DNA of 64,000 nucleotides, taken from NCBI GenBank assembly GCA_963796965.1, contig CAWCNS010000009.1:256001-320000 (forward strand). Reading direction: 5' to 3'. Position numbers and translations under genes: made by a program. Under the pieces are notes generated by a model, which saw only the letters and a program-made list of their open reading frames with translations, did not search any database and was not told the DNA's origin. Below, piece by piece: positions 1-10,194 of this stretch (its first letter is position 1; every line of letters begins with the position of its first letter). Source of the stretch: Calditrichia bacterium (GTDB lineage: Bacteria > Calditrichota > Calditrichia > JAJRVZ01).

Positions 1-639
1 ATAGAGAATTGAGTTGGGTAATGCGGTCCTGTTCATCATTTTCACTTCTACTTCCAGGTATGATCTGTCCGGATGAAGGGTGATACCTATCGTCCATTTC
101 ATGCGATGACGTGGTTCAATTTCACCGATCCAAATCGAAGCACTTCCATCATCATTTTCGGAAATGGTATAATCCACCGGCATATGGGTGGAAGCCCGGT
201 GATGATGGAAGACACACCATTCAATCCCACCGGAAATCCAGGCGCCTAACATACCGATATTGGCCGGTTTTATAACATGCTGCCTGTAAATAATTTCATA
301 GTCATTGGTCTTATCGGTGGCATAAAAGAGCCTTCCGCCAATTTCCGGAAGCACACAGAGCTTGATGTATTTGTTTTCAAGATAAAGGGCGGTATAGGTC
401 TGCAACTCTTTTACATTGGAAAGATTATCCATCATAGGATACGGATAAACAATCTTGCTGGCACCCTGGTAGGATTTATTCTCATAAAACATCGGATTTT
501 TATCTGCTGCTTTGACTAAATAGGTAGGTAGCGTAAGGCTTCCCTCGGTTACTTTTACCTTCTCAAAATCCTGTGCTTTGATGTTTTGTGTTGATGTAGC
601 AATAATAAATAGTATAATAAAAAATCGAATTGCCTTCAC
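1..639 (-). CDS. DUF5107-domain secreted protein, N-terminal part (runs off the left edge; one frameshift near 520-540)
   Basis: Manual translation: GAGGAG RBS, GTG start at 639, signal peptide (MKAIRFFIILFIIATSTQNIKA), then after a frameshift LENKYIKLCVLPEIGGRLFYATDKTNDYEIIYRQHVIKPANIGMLGAWISGGIEWCVFHHHRAST, which matches the DUF5107 pattern as I recall it. Not in the ORF track because it is open at the edge. Confidence 0.8.
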   Translation of the reverse strand, partial: MKAIRFFIILFIIATSTQNIKAQDFEKVKVTEGSLTLPTYLVKAADKNPMFYENKSYQGASKIVYPYPMMDNLSNVKELQTYTALYLENKYIKLCVLPEIGGRLFYATDKTNDYEIIYRQHVIKPANIGMLGAWISGGIEWCVFHHHRASTHMPVDYTISENDDGSASIWIGEIEPRHRMKWTIGITLHPDRSYLEVEVKMMNRTALPNSILY

Positions 640-770
640 AGATAACTCCTCGTAATTCGTAATTTGTAATTGGTAATTAAATTATAGTAATAATCATCTC
701 CATGTTCCTGCTTTCTGAATATTGCACAACATCCAAAATTAACTGCTGAATATTCTTACTGCCCTGTTAA

Positions 771-3159
771 TTACTCCCACAACACGGCAGGATGTGGCTG
801 GCCGTCTTCTGTTACAAGGCGCATGGAAAAGTTGAAGGCATGCGGTTTATTGAGGATCTTGACCAGAATAGGGTTTTCGCCCTCATGCAGCCGCAGATTC
901 AGACGAGGTTTGAAGTTATGCATAGCGGCACCACCTGCGAAAACCAGCTTATCATTGACCCACAAAATAAGATCATCATCACATCTGAACTCCATATAAA
1001 CTTTCGAATCGTAGCGCATATTTATTTTTGTATAGGCATAGGCTATGGTGTACTCCGTATCCTCCGGGCGGAAAAACTCCCGCAGGTCCAGAACACCATA
1101 GGCACTTTCAGATTCATGATACCGCCACTTGCCCTCACCGCCTCTTACCGTATAGGTGGCCTTGAGATCAACCCCATCTTCCGGTGGGAAATGCGTGGCC
1201 ATCGCATCGCCGCCGGGATTCGTCCATAGCCCGAGCAGATGCCAGTCATTCCAATACCCCAGCGCCTGTGCCACTTCGCGTTTCTTTCCCTGGTCGAGTT
1301 TTTGCAGGAGATTAACACGGCGCTCTGCCGAGGGAATCGCCTGCTGCCAGATCTGGTCGTAGGCTGGAAGACGACTGAGTTCGTGCCTCGAAAAGAGATG
1401 CATATAGTAGAGGCCAATCATCTTGCTTAGTTCCGGATCGGCAGCGATTTCATCTAAAACGGATATTAAGGCTTTCAGGTGTTCGATTACCTTCTCCATC
1501 CGGCCGGCAATCCGTGCCTGTTTTTCCAATGCCTGCTGCTCGCTGATACGCAGGCCATAGCGGGTACGGCGGAGACGTTCCGTAATCGCTTCTGCCTCAT
1601 GGACCGGTAATCCGGCCTTTCTGATTCGATCATCGGCATTATCCAGCAAGGCAGCGGCACGTGAAAGGAAATCCGGTGTCATGGAAAGCAAAAAGGCCTG
1701 TTCAAAATCCAGCGCGGCCTCTTTTGGCACGTCTGCCATCACATCTTCAAACATTTGACCATAGGCGGATATATCGGACGCAGCGGGACCAAACATGTTT
1801 TCATAATATTCCGCAATAATAGCATCCACATCCGTAGTGAGATCCCAGGCTAACTTAGGTGGAATATATAGATTCAATCCCTGGGTCCACCATTGCGGAT
1901 GTGCCTCTGCATAGACTCCGATGCCGCCGTGGCGATGCAGCCAGGGAAAATCGCGTCGGATCCTGTGAACCATACCCATGGGCCCGCCCAAAGACCAGTG
2001 GCCGTAATAATCATACATCATCAGATTCTGACTAATCTCCTGCCAACCCAGAACATTTTCAGCAAATGGGCGGTTGCGCTCACAATCTGGATCATCAATC
2101 GCATGATGCATGCAATAATCCCAGGGGGTATGCACTAATACCGGCAGCAATAGTGGGTGTGGCTTTACAACCCGGGGCGGTTTGGTGTACGTCAGGTAGG
2201 CATAAAAAGCAAGACGTTTTTGGGGATGGGTTTTAACCACTTCTTCTGCTACCTGGTTAAAAAAATAGACAAGCCGGTCGGCGAGGGCACCGCCGGTGAC
2301 AAAGGGATCCACACCCAGTTCCGCATCCAATGCCAGGCAGTTTTCGCAGCGGCAGAATCCCCTGTGATCGTTCGGACTGAGCGAGAAACTCTGCATGTGC
2401 GGATTTTCATCAAAATAACGGCGCGCGCTGGCCACCGTCATCTCCAGCACCTGGGGATGGGTGGTACAGAATTGACGCGTGCTCCGCCCGTTTCCCAGAA
2501 GAGCGAACCACTGCGGATGCGCTTTAATCGAATCCGCTGGGATGATCTTAAACCAGTTGTGGCTGTGGAAATGCTGGGGAGAACCTTCCACACCGTTACG
2601 GCGCATCCACAACCCCGATGCTTCTTCGTCGGGATGCCGGCCAAAACCGGCAATGCTCTCAAAATCCGGGCTGTCCTGCATTTGAAGGTCAGCGATTGTT
2701 ATGGTCGCGCGCTGCGGGATGTATTCCCCCAACGCATCGGGCGTATACCAGCGGCAGCCGAGTTCCTGCTCTAGGAAAGCGTATACGCCGTTGATTATTC
2801 CCTGTGCCGATCCACCGGAGAAATACAGAACACTATCCTCACGCCATACATGGTAAGCTGAACGGCGGAAGCGACCGGTCCTGTTCCTGTACGGCGAGTA
2901 CAAGCTGCGGACTACCATTGGATTTCGACACAACAGGCAGCTGCGCTCCTGATATTCGGGCAATGATATTGGATAGGTCATGACCTGTATTCAGGACATT
3001 CTGCCCGGCATCATCCGGCACCAGGATGACAGCCTGGGGCTGACCCTGTTCTACAAGCGACAAAGGTTTAAACTGCTCCTGCGATCCACATACAACTAAA
3101 TGCAGACAAACCAGCGCAATGCCACTTTGTTTTATAAGCAAATTCATTTTCTTTATCAT
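771..3159 (-). CDS. DUF4838-domain exported protein (putative glycoside hydrolase-like) with C-terminal beta-sandwich; frameshifted near 2860-2990
   Basis: ORF 2839..3321 gives the N-terminus from ATG 3159 (GAGGAG RBS, hydrophobic leader, LVEQGQPQAVILVP). ORF 771..2981 carries GVYAFLEQELGCRWYTP, QFCTTHPQV, SLSPNDHRGFCRCENC and FYAYLTYTKPP. Confidence 0.75.
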
Positions 3160-3545
3160 GTGCTCCTCTCGTTTTTGATAATAGTAACGGCTTTTCAACT
3201 CAAGGCTACCTACTTTCAAATGAAGTAGTCGCAATTTACAAAAGTGTAAACTATGTCCCCGAACACCTGTAACCCATCTCTCCGGTCTATACACTAAAAG
3301 GAGAGGGGAGATGTGAGGCATCGTGCAGCTAGGTTTGTATTCACACTCTTAGGCCGATTCACCTGTTGGTGGACATGTTTTGCCTTACCTCAATCTACTT
3401 CCCCTCGCCTTTCAGGAGAGGGGATTGAGGGGTGAGGTCTTTAAATCAAGTCCCAACGTTGGGAAATTAAAAGCATCGATTGTTATTTTTAAACCGGACA
3501 CCAATGACTAATACGATTTAATAATTCTATTTTAGTCTGACAAAA

Positions 3546-5087
3546 CTAAACATCTTCCTCAATCACATTAAAGCCGATAAAAGTGGCAAAATCCTTTAAT
3601 CTCTCCCTGTAATCGCCAAAAGTAGCCGTTCTATGCACACCATAGACATCAGGATATATATGGTTCAATAGTTTTTTTGCATCAACTGATGCGACAATTT
3701 TTGTCCGTCACATCATCTCCCAGAGATGATTTTTATACAGGGATTCCTTGTTATAGATGGGTGTGGTCTTCCCTACATGGAATAGTATTTCCTTTTTTAT
3801 AACATCCAACTGCCAGATGGTGACCGGTTCGTCTGGTGGATATAAGATCCAGGAAGCGGCACTGACCCCCGGTTTACTGCGCGCCCGGACCTGTCGCTCC
3901 CGGTGGTCGGTTAAAATATAGGGGACGGTTTTATCTCCACCCCAGGGGTTCCAGGGTCCTTCACAATGCTGCACAATGGAGGTATTATTGTAAGTATCGA
4001 CACTATAATCCCCTAACATGCTGGGAACACCCAATGAATATTGCAATACCATTTCCGATAGGAGGATATTGAGATGTGATTGACATTTGGCAACAATCCC
4101 ATCCTTTTGAAACTCGGAAGTGGCCAGAGCAGGCGTTATATAATCTTCCGGTGTGGGATTTTCCCTTAACGACCTGATATGAAAGGCTGAGGCGTTTGCA
4201 TGATATTTCTGCATCAGATATTCCAATGCCAGATAGACTTTGGCCGATTTTACGACCTCCGATTTCGTGGTGTTGATCATCTTTTCTGCATTATTAATCC
4301 ACCTATCTGCTATCTCATTTGCCTGTTCACTTTCATTATACCACAATTCCTTTACTTTAGTATCCTTATAGACCTCATCACTGTCAATTTTTATCACCTT
4401 TACCCCAAAGGTACTCATAATTGTGCCCAGGATCAGTTCATTATAGGCCTGCGGAGATTGCTTTAAGGCATCACCATAGGTGACGTTGACAAAAGGATTA
4501 TCGGTCACGGTCAGAATGGTTGATTCTCTTAACCTTTTAAGCGCCTGGATCAATTTTATTTTTTCAACTAAATCCGTATACATACGATTTATGTTGTCAG
4601 AGGAAGTACTGAATTTCCATGGATCTAAAAAGGCCGGTATCACTTTATTATCTCCGTAAATTTTTACCGGGTTGTTCATAAAATCATTGATAATACAAAT
4701 ATTGATCGTTGGTAAACCACTTTTCAATATGTTATTATCTCTCGGCCAGCCATAGACAATAACCCCATCATAGCCTAACCGTTTCAAATCATCTATTTCA
4801 ATTAGGATATTCTTCAGCTTAGCGGATTTTGATGTATCGCGTACAACAAATTCCACCCCCGGACAGTCTTTTTTTAACTGGCCGATAAGATCTTCGTTTG
4901 ACATTGGTCGTAAATCCGTATCGTCGGTGGAAGGGGCTGTTCTAAAAAAGATCGTGTATAATTTTGCTTTTCCGGTCGTCTGTGTACCGCTGCCTGGATT
5001 GGCATATAAGGGCATGAATCCGACCATATTCGCGGCCAGAGCACCTGCTCCAACCTTAATAAAATTCCGACGCGTAAGTGCTGACAT
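3546..5087 (-). CDS. Tat-exported L-fucose/L-arabinose isomerase-like fold protein; probable selenoprotein (in-frame TGA at 3708-3710), 513 aa with read-through
   Basis: Twin-arginine leader (TRRNFIK). Family-like motifs AKCQSHL and QHCEGP. After the TGA the same frame continues RTKIVASVDAKKLLNHIYPDVYGVHRTATFGDYRERLKDFATFIGFNVIEEDV to TAG at 3546-3548. Confidence 0.75.
3679..3707 (-). promoter_or_regulatory. Candidate bacterial SECIS element
   Basis: On the minus strand: UGA-CGGACAAAAAUUGUC-GCAUC[AGUU]GAUGC. The apical loop starts 20 nt after the UGA and has G then U at loop positions 2-3. Confidence 0.6.
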
Positions 5088-5099
5088 TATACCCCTCCT

Positions 5100-6233
5100 C
5101 TAATCGTTTGTTGTCTGCTCTTCAGGTCTGACAAAGAATACATACTCGTTTGTATCGGCGCCTTCGTACACGATGCTGTATAGCACCATTAACTCGTTTG
5201 GCATGGAACTGTCATACTTATGGATAATGCAGTTGTGACTGTATCCGTCAGGGCCACGCTCATTGCCACTTATTATGATTCCCTTGTTCCAGTGTTCGCC
5301 ATCTTTGGACTGGTAAAGAACAAACCGATGGGCACCGGCCCCTCTCTGTCCGGATCGTCCATGGAGATAGTATTGCCCATTGAGAAAGGCAAGTTCCGGA
5401 TCGCGGATTTTCTTATCCACTGCCACCGCTTTCTGCTTACCCCAGGTCTTGCCGTTATCCGCGCTAATACAGTAATAGAAATGAGCCTCGTCCTTCTCCG
5501 TATAGGCACCGGCCAAAAGACGGCCGTCCGCCATAATGCACATCGCCCCATACCACTTGTCGTTATCCAGGCTCAAGGTGCTTCTCTTCTTCCAGCTCTG
5601 CCCGTCATCTGTGCTCACATATAGAACGTGGGGACCATCATCGCTGTCAAACAACACGTAGTTGACGTCGCCGGAAACGGCCCCCGCACAGGGATAACCC
5701 GTAAACCCGTCTTCCAGGGGTTCGCATTTAGTCCACGTCGAACCGTGGTCGAAACTTCTAGTAAGGCACGTCTTACTTCTCTTCTCATCCTTGAAATGGT
5801 TTACAAACAATACGACCGTCCCTCTACTGGTCACGATCCCTTCCTCAACCCACGCCGGTTCTTCCGTGCTTTGCTGGTAGGCGTCATAGGAGTACGACAG
5901 TTTATTGTACTTATCCCACGTCTTACCACCGTCTTTGCTCAGGGCATACTCGCTCCATCCGTCGATATTATGATCGCTGGTGTTTGCGTAGAACGCCGCG
6001 ATATCTCCATTGGCATACTCGAGACAGACGGGACCACCATGGGAGCATCTTCCGGGATGGTCATGCTGCATATCGGCGATGATCGTGCCGAATACACTAT
6101 CGCCCGGTTGGGTTAAGGGGTTGTTGTCATGGATCACAATACCGTCAATCCTTAAATCGTCCTCCGTACACCACATCCCGATCACAGGGATCAGAAAGCA
6201 CATCATTATCGCACCTACCCTAAGTCGTTTCAT
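5100..6233 (-). CDS. Secreted sialidase-like / BNR (Asp-box) beta-propeller protein
   Basis: Signal peptide and five Asp-box motifs (SKDGGKTW, SFDHGSTW, STDDGQSW, SADNGKTW, SKDGEHW). Its stop lies 12 bp before the isomerase-like gene start. Confidence 0.8.
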   Translation of the reverse strand: MKRLRVGAIMMCFLIPVIGMWCTEDDLRIDGIVIHDNNPLTQPGDSVFGTIIADMQHDHPGRCSHGGPVCLEYANGDIAAFYANTSDHNIDGWSEYALSKDGGKTWDKYNKLSYSYDAYQQSTEEPAWVEEGIVTSRGTVVLFVNHFKDEKRSKTCLTRSFDHGSTWTKCEPLEDGFTGYPCAGAVSGDVNYVLFDSDDGPHVLYVSTDDGQSWKKRSTLSLDNDKWYGAMCIMADGRLLAGAYTEKDEAHFYYCISADNGKTWGKQKAVAVDKKIRDPELAFLNGQYYLHGRSGQRGAGAHRFVLYQSKDGEHWNKGIIISGNERGPDGYSHNCIIHKYDSSMPNELMVLYSIVYEGADTNEYVFFVRPEEQTTND

Positions 6234-6333
6234 AATACCTGTCTCCTAACTTCGTCTATGAATCGGTTTACTTTCTTCTTCACCAGAAAAGACCCGCTGC
6301 TTTCAAATAACCAAAGATGTAGATACGGGTTGA

Positions 6334-6942
6334 CTATTCTCTTAATTTTGATGCGTTTGTATCATAGGTATAGGCCCGCAGACCATCGGAACCATTGGCC
6401 AAAAAAACCGTCCCATCTATTCCAACAGCGACATCATTGGCAATTCCACCACTATCCATATGTGCGGTATTAGTGAAGGTGGCGCCGTCATAGGTATAAG
6501 CCCGTAAACCGTCAGAAAAATTGGCGGCAAAAATCGTACCCTGAGAATTGACTGCCACACCCACAGCAATTCCACCATCACTTATTTGACCGGCATTTGT
6601 GAGAGAGGCACCATCATACGTGTATGCACGTAATCCATTATAATTATTGGCCAGAAAAACCGTGTTATCGGGGCCAACGGCTACATCCCAGGCTACATAG
6701 GCGGATGAACCATCATCGATATGAGCCGTATTCACAAATGTGTTTCCGTCATACGTATAGGCACGTAAACCACCATGGTAATTGGCTAAAAAGATTGTCC
6801 CATCGTCCCCTACAGTAACATTCATGGCCCGTCCATGATGGGTGTTTCGTGCTGTATTGGTAAATTGATGGGTGTTCTGGGCATGCACTATCGCTCCTAG
6901 TGAAAAAAAACTCAATATAAGTATCGATTTGAATATTAACAT
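6334..6942 (-). CDS. Small secreted protein of four ~43-aa LVIVD-like beta-propeller repeats
   Basis: AGAGGAG RBS before ATG 6942, signal peptide ending VHA, four copies of A..V.V..DGT(I/V)FLAN...GLRAYTYDG. Confidence 0.75.
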   Translation of the reverse strand: MLIFKSILILSFFSLGAIVHAQNTHQFTNTARNTHHGRAMNVTVGDDGTIFLANYHGGLRAYTYDGNTFVNTAHIDDGSSAYVAWDVAVGPDNTVFLANNYNGLRAYTYDGASLTNAGQISDGGIAVGVAVNSQGTIFAANFSDGLRAYTYDGATFTNTAHMDSGGIANDVAVGIDGTVFLANGSDGLRAYTYDTNASKLRE

Positions 6943-6997
6943 GGCTGTCTCCTCTAGGTTAATCAATATCTAAAATTTATCCACATAAAGGTCAGCA

Positions 6998-9040
6998 TTA
7001 ATTGATTTTTTCAAATTTGACAGCGTCCGCGATGATCAGGCCTTTAGAACCATCGGAAATAATTTCCACATAACCTTGTTTACCCTTTGAAAAATTGAAT
7101 ACGCCAATCTGAAGCGATTTAGCCGGTTCAATCCAAACTTTTTCGACTGAACCGTTATGCCTTACGTTGACATAAAACCCTTTGGTTTTGGACAACAGCA
7201 TTTCATTTTCAAAAGCTTCTCCAAACAGCTTAACGCTGTAGGTTCCCCCTATCAAGTTAGGTATATAACGCACATATTCACCATTTTGATTGTCTTTGTT
7301 GAGCATGTAGGTGCCATTGTACCCTTTAGACCAATCATATGGATATTCTGGTGCCAACCAGAAATAATCAGAATAGATGCAATTCATATCTTGATCGTCC
7401 ACGATCGCTGTCGAGTCTGGCGAGGAGGCATCAAATTGCACAAGAACTCTCGTTAACTGCGGAGAATTAAGGGCCTGGTTATGATTTACGAGCACAAATG
7501 CTTCATAAAACCCATGTTGAATAACCATATTTTCCAACCTGGGTTGTACAATTATTTTCAGGCTGTCCTTAAAATGTTCTACCTTTAAATTAAGCCAGTC
7601 CTGTCCATGCTTGTAAACAGGTTCGATGCGATAGTTTCGGTCATCTTTTATCTTCCATTTAAGATCGTTAAAAGTTATGAGTAACTCTTTTGCTTCGAGT
7701 GCCTCTTTCTGCCTGAAATAGGCATTAAAAACAAGCGTATTTGTTATAGCCCCGGTGGAGCCATATTGCCTGGTTTTCCAGTTCTTTTTATTGAAAAAAG
7801 AAGGATCATCCCAGGCGCTGATTTTGAATTTTTTTGCAGATAAAACGGGTCCGTTTAGGGTGATATGCTGGGTATAAACATCTTGATCGGTTCCATCCCT
7901 AATCAGAAGAGTAACCGGGTAGATGCCGGGTTTTATGAATGTGTGAACAGGATTTTTGCTGAATGAAGTATATCCATCGCCAAAATCCCAAAAGTATTCC
8001 AATTCATTGCCCCAGGTGCCTGGGCGTGAATCTGTACTTTTGAAATGAACTTGTTGGCCCGTTTTAGCCGGTTTGAGCGGTGCAATGTTTGCGTAAATAG
8101 AATTTTCTTTATGTTTGTTGTTTTCAAAAATTTGGTAAAAAAGAATCCACGGATCGATGTAGAGCCAGTCGGAGTCAGGTTGTTTTACTCGAAAAACAAA
8201 ATGGGTGTGAGCGCTATAACCAGAAAGAACACCGGCGGTATACGCATACGGTTGACCCCGGTGTACGGGCTGGTGTTCGGGAATAAGCAATTGAACCAGG
8301 TGATGCGTTTGCAAATGCCAAATATCACCATTGTCCCAGTTTCTGACGCCCCGCCAGCGATTGTTGTTATGCCCGGCAATGAGCGAGTTGAAATAATAGT
8401 GTTCGTCAAAATCGATTGGGGCGTACAACGTTGTGTTTGAAGGCATATTGATATCAAGTCCGCCATGCAAATCAGCACCATGATATGTTCCCAGCCAGGT
8501 ATCGTTGCCGCGGTAGGCGTTTTTTACGAGTAATTTTTTATCAGGAACAGAAACCCAATTGCCAATTTGTTGCGGGCAAATAGAGAGGCCGGCATCCTGA
8601 AAAGCAAAACTTGCTTCTTTTTGGGGGAGGCAGGCGCCGTGATTTTCATTGAACAGGGACGATAATGACTTTACTGCATCGAACCATATTTTCAATCCAT
8701 TTACCACATAAGGTTCATAAAAAGTTTGTTGCGTGGGAACATATCGAACCATTGACATTTCCTGGCCATCAATCCTCAATAGGCAGGACATGGCATAAAT
8801 GGAGCCGTGTCCTGTGCCTCCCTTTTTTAAAGAATCTAATGTGGTAAATACCATCTTAGCTTCGGATTGCAGCAACTCAATGCTCACCGTTCTGCCGCTG
8901 TTTAAAACATAGTTTACAACATCTCCAGAATTCATTTCCATTACCGTCAGAGTACTTTTTGAGTGAACTGTTATTTCTTCTCCAAAAACGAGGCTAACGG
9001 GTATGAAAAGCATTAATAATAAGAATGAATATTTTTTCAT
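6998..9040 (-). CDS. Secreted protein with M23-peptidase-like module, PKD domain and C-terminal beta-sandwich
   Basis: Likely start MKKYSFLLL at 9040 (signal peptide). HGGLD...TTLYAP and AHTHF resemble the M23 HxxxD and HxH zinc motifs. YFWDFGDG...NPVHTFIKPGIYPVTL is PKD-like. Ends IIADAVKFEK. Confidence 0.65.
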   Translation of the reverse strand: MKKYSFLLLMLFIPVSLVFGEEITVHSKSTLTVMEMNSGDVVNYVLNSGRTVSIELLQSEAKMVFTTLDSLKKGGTGHGSIYAMSCLLRIDGQEMSMVRYVPTQQTFYEPYVVNGLKIWFDAVKSLSSLFNENHGACLPQKEASFAFQDAGLSICPQQIGNWVSVPDKKLLVKNAYRGNDTWLGTYHGADLHGGLDINMPSNTTLYAPIDFDEHYYFNSLIAGHNNNRWRGVRNWDNGDIWHLQTHHLVQLLIPEHQPVHRGQPYAYTAGVLSGYSAHTHFVFRVKQPDSDWLYIDPWILFYQIFENNKHKENSIYANIAPLKPAKTGQQVHFKSTDSRPGTWGNELEYFWDFGDGYTSFSKNPVHTFIKPGIYPVTLLIRDGTDQDVYTQHITLNGPVLSAKKFKISAWDDPSFFNKKNWKTRQYGSTGAITNTLVFNAYFRQKEALEAKELLITFNDLKWKIKDDRNYRIEPVYKHGQDWLNLKVEHFKDSLKIIVQPRLENMVIQHGFYEAFVLVNHNQALNSPQLTRVLVQFDASSPDSTAIVDDQDMNCIYSDYFWLAPEYPYDWSKGYNGTYMLNKDNQNGEYVRYIPNLIGGTYSVKLFGEAFENEMLLSKTKGFYVNVRHNGSVEKVWIEPAKSLQIGVFNFSKGKQGYVEIISDGSKGLIIADAVKFEKIN

Positions 9041-9082
9041 CTGGGTTGTCCTTAAGGTTCTGCGCCGAAGGTTTGAACCGGT

Positions 9083-9178
9083 ATATAAGAGCATAAAATC
9101 CATCATATTTTCGGCCAAAGAACCGGCCCCAACTTTGATAAAGTCCCAACGTGTTAATGCTGATATGCCAGGCCTCCT
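9083..9178 (-). pseudogene. Degenerate relic of the RBS and Tat leader of an isomerase-like paralog
   Basis: Translates ISALTRWDFIKVGAGSLAENMMDFMLLY versus MSALTRRNFIKVGAGALAANMVGFMPLY at 5087. Same AGGAGG plus 6-nt spacing, with ATG changed to ATA and RR to RW. Confidence 0.8.
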
Positions 9179-9297
9179 TTTCATTGGTACTATTTGATAG
9201 ACTTTGTAATCAGAATAAAGGCGTGATAACATTCTACAATGACAGAGGAGAACACAATTAATATAAATAATCTAATAAGAAGGCAAAAGATATTTGT

Positions 9298-9332
9298 AAA
9301 AAAAACCAGTCCAACCATCAGACTGGTTTTTT
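9298..9332. terminator. Intrinsic terminator, potentially bidirectional
   Basis: AAAAAACCAGTC-caaccatca-GACTGGTTTTTT perfect stem with A and T tails, downstream of the NAD(P)H-binding gene. Confidence 0.7.
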
Positions 9333-9465
9333 AATTTCCAACATTTGATTTTAGGACTTATTTAGAGATTAGGATTTAGGGCTTAGAAATTCATTTGTAA
9401 ACAAACGTACAGATAAGCCTGCCACGCGGCTGAAGCAACAACACCCTGCTCCTGCTTCACCATGA

Positions 9466-10194
9466 TTATAAGGAGGTCTTGTTATAAATCAGCGGCATCT
9501 GCCCTTTCCACTGTTGCCAGGTATTATTTTCGAGGACCAGGCGCATCATAAAATTGGCCACATTGATTCGGCTGGTTTTACCGGAATCAAAAATCGGATC
9601 TCTGATTGGCGAGGGATGCAGCTCATAGTCGCTGACCGTGTCTTCATCAATCAGCCCATCGGGACGCACTGCGGTCCATTCAATTTCCTTGTCATCCTGG
9701 CCAATCTCTGTGCGTAGATAATCGGCGGCCTCTTCGTTGTCTACATGGGGCGGAAGCAGCCGGCGCAACAGCCCGACAACTACCTTCTGGCCAAATGAAA
9801 TCTTCTCATCAAGATCACGATTGCTGTTAGCGGTGGTATTCATTAGGATATATTTTACCGGTTTGGAAGGATTAGTGGATTTGATGGCCTGGCAGAGCTG
9901 GCGGGCCGCATCGGTCACCAGGCGGCGGGGCTGGCCAAAGAGCCCTTTAAAAGTCAGATTATGCCCCAGACAAGAAACAACGGCGTCGCATTCTTTGACA
10001 TGTTCAGCTAATTCCTCATCATTGAGATCCAGAAGATTCGCCTCAATCACCGACAAGTTTGGATTATCCTGTACAATTTTAGAAAAGGTATCTGCCGATC
10101 GCACAACCACCCGCACCTTTTCTCTTTTTTCCAGTAGCTGCAAAACCAGCAACCGGCCCGTCGCCCCACTGGCACCGACCACAAGGGTTGTCAT
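9466..10194 (-). CDS. NAD(P)H-binding atypical SDR / flavin reductase-like protein
   Basis: N-terminal GASGATG Rossmann motif, WTAVRPDGL and TSRINVANFM; AGGAG RBS. Confidence 0.85.
   Translation of the reverse strand: MTTLVVGASGATGRLLVLQLLEKREKVRVVVRSADTFSKIVQDNPNLSVIEANLLDLNDEELAEHVKECDAVVSCLGHNLTFKGLFGQPRRLVTDAARQLCQAIKSTNPSKPVKYILMNTTANSNRDLDEKISFGQKVVVGLLRRLLPPHVDNEEAADYLRTEIGQDDKEIEWTAVRPDGLIDEDTVSDYELHPSPIRDPIFDSGKTSRINVANFMMRLVLENNTWQQWKGQMPLIYNKTSL

Noticed and set aside
3708..3710. Genome-wide UGA reassignment (Trp/Gly) as the cause of read-through
   Set aside because: TGA ends several genes at plausible C-termini (yjbQ 24349-24351, deoR 19292-19294, PQQ protein 59894-59896, symporter 13324-13326), so any recoding must be site-specific.
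9041..9232. N-terminal 64 aa of the 744-aa ORF as real protein
   Set aside because: It consists of the decayed paralog leader; a typical signal peptide starts at 9040.
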